A stretch of DNA of 64,000 nt from positions 35,712,001-35,776,000 of the forward strand of contig OZ024740.1 in the NCBI GenBank assembly GCA_964016885.1, given 5' to 3'. Numbering within the stretch: position 1 is the stretch's first letter; every line of letters starts with the position of its first letter. Under the pieces are notes generated by a model. It worked only from the letters and a program-made list of their open reading frames with translations. It was not told the DNA's origin and ran no database searches. The translations under genes were made by a program, and so were the position numbers. This document shows positions 57,522 through 64,000 of this stretch, piece by piece. The stretch comes from Eledone cirrhosa. Taxonomy: Eukaryota.

Positions 57522-57819
57522 TATTACTGAGGACCTGTTTGGTTTTTATAGAGAATATTAGGAGGGAGGGGTGAAGTTGTTAGAAGAATAGTTGAGGGAG
57601 TAGTTCTTTGATAGCAGTGAGAAAATTTTGGTGGCAGTGAGTAATTAGATTCCCATCAGTTGTTTTGACATTTTTATAGAATATATTATTGGCTATTTTT
57701 CTAAATCTATAGAAGGATTAGAGATAGTAAAGATATGCGTGGTTGGTTTTGTGTTTGCACTTAATTAACATTCAGACTTAAATTTTTCTTTCGAGTGTAC
57801 GTATCCTTTCACCCACGCA

Positions 57820-58071
57820 TTCACACACAAACATATTTGCACACCTCTACAAAATACATATACTCACATTCACATAGTAACATGTTCATACTTATATACA
57901 TATACACATGCATACATATATATATACACACATGTATTCATGTACATACATACGCGTTCATGTGTATACATTTTCATACTCAACTTATCTTTATATACAC
58001 ACGTATAGACACACACATATATACATACATACTCTAGTCTATGTGTATATATATACACATATACATATATA

Positions 58072-58123
<52 letters not shown>

Positions 58124-58220
58124 CACTTTAATACATGAATACACTTACATCTAACTATACACATCAAACATATATATATATATTTACTTATTTATATACA
58201 TTTTCACATATATATACATA
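57820..58220. repeat. Degenerate (CA)/(TA)-rich low-complexity tract including pure (TA)n at ~58075-58120
   Basis: Direct reading of the sequence; it lies between the PLE1 ORF end and its inferred 3' repeat. Confidence 0.9.
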
Positions 58221-59958
58221 CTTATGGTCGCTTTTAGACACATTCATTATCGCATTTTTGCACCTATTCTCATCAGCATATCTTTCCATTATTAGTGTGG
58301 TAATTTGAGGTTATTAATATACATATATATGTTGAGAAGAGATTGTTTTTATATTTTTCTAACTAGATTGAGGTTTATATAGTTGGGGGATGTCCCTCTT
58401 TTATGTAATAATCGACTTGTAGTGGGAAAAAAGGGTTTTAGTTCGGTGACGGCAAAATAATGTTCGTTCAATTCTGTTATTCAGCAGTTTCTTCTTGTGT
58501 GTGATTATGTAATAAATTTCAAGATTACACAATTTGCAGAAATTTTGGCTCCTGGAAAAGCTTTGGGTTTTAGCTAATTTCTTCCATTTTAGGGTAAACT
58601 TTTGATCGCTATCCCTGAGCGTCCAAGCTTTTTCTGCTAAAGTTGTTACATTTCTTTGGCTCTGGTGTTTTATTGAGTAAGAATGCCTATATAATCGAGA
58701 TTTAAACGATGTTGCCGTTGATCCCACGTAATACCACTCATTGCCTCCGGATTTAATGGTACACTTATAAATAAATTTTTTTCCAGGCAGTTATTGCCGA
58801 GGGGGCAGTTGTCAGGATAGGTGCAGTTACAGTTGTGTACGTTGGGTTTTCTCTGGAGTAGTATTGCGGACGAACTTAGGTGTGGTTTATTTATGTTCTG
58901 TAGTGTATTGTCTACTGTTTTTTTTTGTGTTCTTAGTACTTAAGTGTTTCGTGTTTTCGTTTAACCTTCTAGTATTGATCTTTTTTATGTGTTGTTCAAG
59001 GTGTAACGCTGTAGAGTATGACAGTCTTATAGTGGTAGGGTTTAGGATTTTGTGGTATTTGTGTGATGTAGGAAAATGTCTCTTAATTATTTTAAAGAAG
59101 AGTACTGGTAAATTTGTACTAATGGAACTATTGTATTCGGGGTTATACCATAAGTACTCTTTGCATCGCTTTCTATTAGTTTTGTTTGTTGGTTTACTGG
59201 TGTGCATACTATGGTAGTAAGTGTGGTTTGGTGTTGTGTTATTATATCTACCTATGTGGGATTTATTTTGGGTGTTTTTTTATTGTTCCCATCTATATAC
59301 TCTATTTTTTTGAGGTAGCCTGCTTTACTAAGGGCGTTATCGTAGTACTCGGCGTGTTCCTTAAATACTTGTATGTTAGAAGATAGACCCGAGATTCTAA
59401 GGGAAATATTTTTAGGGATAGATTTAATTATAGAGATGGGGTGGTTAGACCCAACATTTACGTATTTGAGATTTTCATTCAATTTATGAAACGGTTTAAT
59501 CAGACCAGAGTTTAAATTGAGTGTGACATCCAGGAAGTTAACTACTTTAAGGTTGTATTCATATGTTATAGTTAGTCCTATTTCAAGTAGTAGTTTTCTT
59601 ATATCTTTGCGTAGTTTTTCTAGTTTTTGGTTATTTAGGTTTTTAACTAGGAGGAGAACATCGTCGCGGTATATTCCGATATCACCTGAAACTTTGAATA
59701 GAGCCATTAAGTTTGCTAAGGATAACTCTGACCTTACAAACGACGAAATTAAGATTATATTAGAAGCTAGAAAAACTATAGTCAAATTTGAGAACAGTTA
59801 TTGGGTACGTAAAGATAGACCCTCTAACTTTGACATAACAATGGGCTCTAACGATTCGGCGGAAATAACTGATATTGTGGGGTTATTTATCGCCTTTAGA
59901 CTCCAGGAAAAATTCAGCAATCTCCACGGCGGAATATACCGCGACGATGTTCTCCACC

Positions 59959-60092
59959 ATGTATGTATGTATGTATGTATGTATGTATGTATGTATGTAT
60001 GTATGTATGTATGTATGTATGTATGTATGTATGTATGTATGTATGCATGAATGTATGTATGTCGTTATTATTATTATTGTTATTATTATTAT
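59959..60092. repeat. (ATGT)n microsatellite followed by (TTA)n
   Basis: Pure ATGT repeat at 59959-60045, TTA-type repeat at ~60065-60092. Confidence 0.97.
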
Positions 60093-60103
60093 GATTTTTT
60101 TCG

Positions 60104-60152
60104 TGCAATGGCCATACTCGATAACAAGAGGGCAGCCATCATGTATGTATGT
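60104..60152 (+). mobile_element. Very short 3' terminus of an RTE-type LINE with ATGT tail
   Basis: TGGCCATACTCGATAACAAGAGGGCAGCCATCATGTATGTATG aligns with the terminus at 56007-56049 that follows an RTE zinc-finger stop codon. Confidence 0.55.
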
Positions 60153-60288
60153 GAGTATGTATCTATGTATGTATGTGTGCGTGTAAGTAAATCTTTGGTG
60201 TGTTTGAACCACATCATAATCTTATTTATTGTGACAAATCTTCAATGATTATGCCTGATTAATTTTCATAAAACCTTCACTGTTGTAG

Positions 60289-60414
60289 GTTTTGTCCAGC
60301 ATAAGCTTCTTTGCAGAACCTGGTAAAATAGTTGCTTTGGTAGGATCCAGTGGTTGTGGTAAAAGCACAATAATAAAATTACTTCTACGACTTTACGATA
60401 TAGAGAGTGGAAAG
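60289..60414 (+). CDS. Internal exon (126 bp, phase 0/0) of an ABCB-subfamily (MDR/P-glycoprotein-like) ABC transporter, nucleotide-binding domain with Walker A
   Basis: Acceptor ...TTCACTGTTGTAG| at 60287-60288 and donor |GTGAGC at 60415. It encodes [42 protein letters not shown] (42 aa, no stops). [13 protein letters not shown] and L.RLYD...G are typical of ABCB NBDs. The paralog cannot be assigned from one exon. Confidence 0.93.
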
Positions 60415-60588
60415 GTGAGCTATTGTTTTATATTTTTTGCCGATATATTTGTAAAAGAAATAATCCATTTTTGAATATATTTGAGGACAAGCATCAAAGA
60501 AGAAGCTACTTGGAAATTTAAAGACGAGTAAATATATTTACAAATATTATGTTATCTCATATCATAACCAATCCCATAATAATTGTAC

Positions 60589-60675
60589 TGTATGTATGTA
60601 TGTATGTATGTATGTATGTATGTATGTATGTATGTATGTATGTATGTATGTATGTATGTATGTATGTATGTATGT
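60589..60675. repeat. (TATG)n microsatellite
   Basis: Pure tetranucleotide repeat read directly. Confidence 0.97.
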
Positions 60676-60759
60676 GCAACACATGCAGAAACAATCTAAG
60701 TCCTTAAAAGCGTTAAAAGGTATGTTCGTGCCCCTCGTGTATAAGAAAAACGTTAAGAG

Positions 60760-60823
60760 ATATATACATATACATATACATATACATATATATATACATA
60801 TACATACATATATATATACATAT

Positions 60824-60892
<69 letters not shown>

Positions 60893-60910
60893 CACACACA
60901 TATATATACA
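60760..60910. repeat. (TATACA)n/(TA)n compound microsatellite
   Basis: Direct reading; pure (TA)n at ~60837-60888. Confidence 0.95.
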
Positions 60911-61080
60911 AGCCGAAAACGCTTGGCACCGCGGTCAATATTTTACCTATCTCTCTCTCTCTGTACACACAGACCCCCCCCCACACACACATACCCACAC
61001 AGATACATACACACATACACACACATAATATTATATAATCTTATATAATGATACAATATAATATATGATATTATATATAT

Positions 61081-61264
61081 GGCGGTGGATTGGCAGTATC
61101 GGTAGAGGGTCGGATGCCATGCTTTCCAGCATAGTTACGTCCCTTAACGATCTGAGTTCAAATCCCGCTGAGGTTGACTTTGCCTTTCATCCTTACGGGG
61201 TCGATAAAATAAAGTACCAGTAATGCACTGGGTAATTGTTGGCCTTGTGCTAAAAAGTAGAAAC

Positions 61265-61267
<3 letters not shown>
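61081..61267 (+). mobile_element. tRNA-derived SINE (octopus-type), inserted in (TA)n
   Basis: Pol III A-box-like TGGCAGTATCGG (61091-61102) and B-box GAGTTCAAATCC (61154-61165). The central segment GACTTTGCCTTTCATCCTTACGGGGTCGATAAAATAAAGTACCAG resembles, from memory, the Meta/MESC SINE core and an abundant Octopus SINE. TA repeats flank both sides. Confidence 0.85.

Positions 61268-61335
<68 letters not shown>
61268..61335. repeat. (TA)n microsatellite
   Basis: Pure TA repeat. Confidence 0.98.
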
Positions 61336-61338
<3 letters not shown>

Positions 61339-61772
61339 GATAACAAAATATCGTTATAGGTAATCCAGTTAGAGGTTGTTAATACTTCTTATTATGGATA
61401 GTTTTAGAGTACGGCGTTGTTTGACTCAACAAGAGGTTTACGTAGGTGGCGAGTTTATGATTTCACTTGTATTCCTATGTAAGTTTATTTTGGAGTAATA
61501 AAATTGAAAAAGTGAAGAATAACATGGTCAACAGCACAAAAAAGGGATTTATTTACAGTCTGACAATTGTTTCACTGATTAAGTTGTCTAAAAATTGCTG
61601 AACATTTAAAGCAGTGTCACTTAATTTCAAATACGATGTTAGCTTAACCAGATCATCGGAGATAACTTTAAATGTTCATCAATATTTAGACAACTTAATC
61701 AGTGAAACAATTGTCAGACTGTAAATAAATCCCTTTTTTGTACTGTTGACCATGTTATTCTTCACTTTTTCA

Positions 61773-61779
<7 letters not shown>
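61336..61779 (-). mobile_element. Non-coding palindromic PLE-type mini-insertion (3' repeat plus inverted partial copy)
   Basis: 114-bp inverted repeat 61498-61611 / 61666-61779 (4 mismatches by eye) with a 54-bp spacer. It contains a hammerhead motif on the minus strand and is bounded by (TA)n on both sides. Including 61336-61497 as a 3' extension is inference. Confidence 0.65.
61559..61662 (-). ncRNA. Type I hammerhead ribozyme motif with long stem II and CCGAUGA core
   Basis: Minus strand reads TCT-CCGATGA-T-CTGGTTAAG-[59 nt]-CTTAATCAG-T-GAAAC-AATT-GTC-AGA. Stem II is 9 bp (one G-U), stem III is the palindrome ACAATTGT, the triplet is GUC, stem I is a short TCT/AGA, and AATAAA lies 8 nt downstream. 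Confidence 0.68.

Positions 61780-61828
<49 letters not shown>
61777..61828. repeat. (TA)n microsatellite separating two PLE-type insertions
   Basis: Pure TA repeat. Confidence 0.98.
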
Positions 61829-61832
<4 letters not shown>

Positions 61833-61940
61833 TTTGAATTTGTAAAGCCAAAACAATGCAGGTATGGAAATAGAATAAAAAATGCAAATGCAAAAGATAT
61901 TGTTGACAATTAGTCTTTTACCTTAGATTTATTTAAATGT

Positions 61941-61975
61941 CCTTAATTTTCGAGATAACATCTCTTCTTCGGAGG
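61941..61975 (-). ncRNA. Minimal hammerhead motif in the inverted pseudo-LTR of PLE2
   Basis: Minus strand reads CCT-CCGAAGA-A-GAGAT-GTT-ATCTC-GAAA-AT-TA-AGG. Confidence 0.58.
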
Positions 61976-63189
61976 GAAGTAAAGTGGTTAAACCAGTGTT
62001 CTAAGTAGCTTGCCAAGTCATGCTGACAGGAAATGGTATAGAGTATCTGTTCTATCTCTAATGTCAAAGAGTTAAGGTTAGGTGCTTCACCTTCCACCAC
62101 TCACACATACAGACAGACAACAGGATTACCCATGGGATCCAGCCTATCGGGCCTGCTGGCCATCACGTATATGAACCAGATAGAATGCCGAGCCCTCAAC
62201 ACCTGCCATTCACATACCTTCTTCACCCGATATGTAGATGACATACTCGTCCTTACATCATCCCATGAGGAGGCGGATAAAATAAACACAACATTCTCCA
62301 GCATGAACGCCAGTATAAAGTTCAGCATGGAACACCCCGATGACCGCGGATCCCTATCCCTACTGGACTTCCAACTCAGGGTAACAGAGGAAGGCAACAT
62401 CCACACCTGCTTCTATAAAAAAGCCGCCAGTAGGGACCTGTTCGTAAATTTCAGATCGGCCCTCCCAGCCGGCGCTAAGTTCGGATACATAAGGAACGAA
62501 CTAACACGTATCCGGAACAAATGCACCGACGCTAGAGACCGAGACACACACACCACACATTTCCTGGAAGTATTCAAACTGAATGGATACACGACATCCA
62601 CCACAAACCGTGCCAGAAAGAACAGAAGACACCACACCGGAGGCACTAACACTTGCTTCCTGAAGCTCCCACACATCAGTGACGAAACAACAACAGCCAC
62701 CCGCAGAGCTATCAGACGAGAGGGACTAGATATCCAACTAGCCAACTCACGACTTTCTCTACGCGGACAGCTAACCAAAAGACACTCCACCAGACATGAC
62801 AACTGCTGCAGGCTAGCCAACTGCCCCCAGGCTAGCCAACTGCCCCATCAACGACACAGACCTATGCCACCAGGCTTACGTCGCATACAGATTAGAGTGC
62901 AACAAATGCAGCAAGTTTTACGTAGGCAGCACCACCAGACCACTCCACATAAGAATATAAGAACACCTCAATACTAACGCTTCCTCATTTAAGAAACACC
63001 TAGTGAAATGCAAAAACACCGACAAAACCATAACAGTTAGGATAGAAACTAAGGAAAGAAACCTCGGCAATCTTAGAATTAAGGAAGCACTAATTATAGA
63101 AAAAACACAACCACCAATCAATAATAGAATTCAACACCCAATTTATAACTTGATAGAGCATCTAGCCCCATACTTACACACCCCTCCCA

Positions 63190-63327
63190 CACACACGCAC
63201 ACACACACACACACACACACACGCTTACACCTCCACTTATTCTCTCTCTCACACACACATACACGCACAAAGACCAGTTCTAACACGAGAGAACATCTAT
63301 CCCCCACATTTACGTATAGACATATCT

Positions 63328-63408
<81 letters not shown>

Positions 63409-63430
63409 CACACACACACACACATACTTA
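63190..63430. repeat. (CA)n-rich tracts inside the PLE2 3' region
   Basis: (CA)n at ~63188-63222 and ~63332-63398. Confidence 0.95.
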
Positions 63431-63616
63431 CACATTCACGCATTCTCCCACACACTTAAACAGACATGTACCAAAAAAAAACTTTTAAAGGGAGACTACT
63501 CTTTATCTACCTAACCTTAACTCTTTGACATTAGAGATAGAACAGATACTCTATACCATTTCCTGTCAGCATGACTTGGCAAGCTATTTAGAACACTGGT
63601 TTAACCACTTTACTTC

Positions 63617-63651
63617 CCTCCGAAGAAGAGATATTATCTCGAAAATTAAGG
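63617..63651 (+). ncRNA. Minimal hammerhead motif in the 3' pseudo-LTR of PLE2
   Basis: CCT-CCGAAGA-A-GAGAT-ATT-ATCTC-GAAA-AT-TA-AGG. Stem I is CCT/AGG, stem II is GAGAT/ATCTC, and the stem III palindrome AATT would need a dimer, as in known minimal PLE hammerheads. Confidence 0.6.
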
Positions 63652-63903
63652 ACATTTAAATAGATCTAAGGTAAAAGACTAATTGTCAACAATATCTTTT
63701 GCATTTGCATTTTTTATTCTATTTCCATACCTGCATCGTTTTGGCTTTACAAATTCAAACGTTTATACCTCATTACACAATGCTTCAAGTGAACTATAAC
63801 TTCCTCCCAAATATATATATATATATATATATAATATATATATATATACACACATAATATATAATATATATATAAAAATCACACAGTCCACGCTGTAATG
63901 TGG

Positions 63904-64000
63904 CCGTGTAGGTAACACGGTAAAAAGCTCCCAGTCCACACTGTAAATGTGGTTGGTGTTAGGAAGGGCATCCAGTCGTAGAAAACCTGCCAGATAGTCC
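63904..64000 (+). mobile_element. Fragment of an interspersed repeat (SINE/RTE-related), truncated by the window end
   Basis: Hairpin CCGTGT-AGGTA-ACACGG followed by TAAAAAGC and GGTTGGTGTTAGGAAGGGCATCCAGTCGTAGAAA, a motif I recall from RTE-associated and Octopus repeats. Not verified by search. Confidence 0.5.

Larger units (their letters stand above)
57250..59955 (-). mobile_element. Penelope-like retroelement 1 (RT + C-terminal GIY-YIG), degenerate, 5'-truncated and 5'-inverted
   Basis: Minus strand from 59678: GIYRDDVLL..VNFLDVTLNL..PFHK..YVNVGSNHP..IIKSIP..ISLRISGLSS; then WYNPEYN..KILN..TIRLSYS; a Cys linker CNCTYPDNCPLGNNCL; and, after a frameshift, IYKCTI..YYVGSTATSFKSRLYRH..CKLCNLE..LLNNR (stop at 58401). 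The upstream RT part (ISPETLNRAIKFA..FDITMGSNDSAEITDIVGLF..GGIYRDD) lies inverted on + at 59679-59955. Extension to ~57250 is inferred from the hammerhead at 57400-57521 on the same strand. The YRDD motif, Cys linker and terminal CxxC resemble, from memory, the 'Hydra'-type PLE group. Confidence 0.88.
61825..63811 (+). mobile_element. Penelope-like retroelement 2 (RT + GIY-YIG, Nematis-like), 5'-truncated, with inverted pseudo-LTRs
   Basis: From ~62084: YRQTTGLPMGSSLSGLLA..YM, FFTRYVDDIL, IKFSMEHP..LSLLDF, FYKKAAS..FVNFRSALP..K. Removing a 19-bp duplication restores CCRLANCPINDTDLCHQAYVAYRLECNKCSKFYVGSTTRPLHIRI*EHLN..RIKEALII....PPINNR (GIY-YIG with CCHH-type residues, one premature stop). 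A 259-bp inverted repeat lies at 61825-62083 / 63509-63767. The clade assignment is from memory of motifs. Confidence 0.9.

Noticed and set aside
58269-58276. CTGATGAG on the minus strand as another hammerhead core
   Set aside because: No suitably placed downstream GAAA with supporting stems.
59252-60050. Overlapping 177-aa ORFs on both strands as real genes
   Set aside because: Each is a chimera of sense RT, antisense RT and microsatellite created by the inversion junction.
60676-60725. Possible small exon ending AAAAG|GTATGT
   Set aside because: No convincing acceptor and no similarity to the expected next ABCB segment (I.IDG.DI...QEP).
56999-63488. Numerous YIYI/CVCV/HTHT/MYVC ORFs in the ORF track
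   Set aside because: They are translations of microsatellites or antisense frames of retroelement ORFs.
61825-63767. DNA transposon with 259-bp TIRs
   Set aside because: The interior encodes a PLE RT and GIY-YIG rather than a transposase, and the repeats carry a hammerhead, so they are inverted pseudo-LTRs.

Overview
Eukaryotic, repeat-dominated genomic DNA. It is probably from an octopus or other cephalopod; this is an inference from the SINE sequence, the dense microsatellites and the RTE/Penelope content. Bases 1-~55,613 are one uninterrupted, same-orientation 35-bp satellite array (about 1,590 monomers, consensus GACAGTTAGATGTAAGGTGTTGTGGTTTAACAGGC) with nested multi-kb block duplications. 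The last 8.4 kb contains two abutting RTE-clade LINE fragments with C2H2 zinc fingers, three Penelope-like element (PLE) insertions, a tRNA-derived SINE, many microsatellites, and one clean 126-bp internal exon of an ABCB-type ABC transporter (Walker A). That exon implies the satellite may fill a giant intron. The most notable signals are that each PLE carries a recognisable hammerhead-ribozyme motif (two with unusually long stem II, two families with a CCGA instead of CUGA core) and that all three PLE insertions show a 5'-inverted, twin-priming-like architecture next to microsatellites. All coordinates and mismatch counts were read by eye; no searches or folding programs were run.
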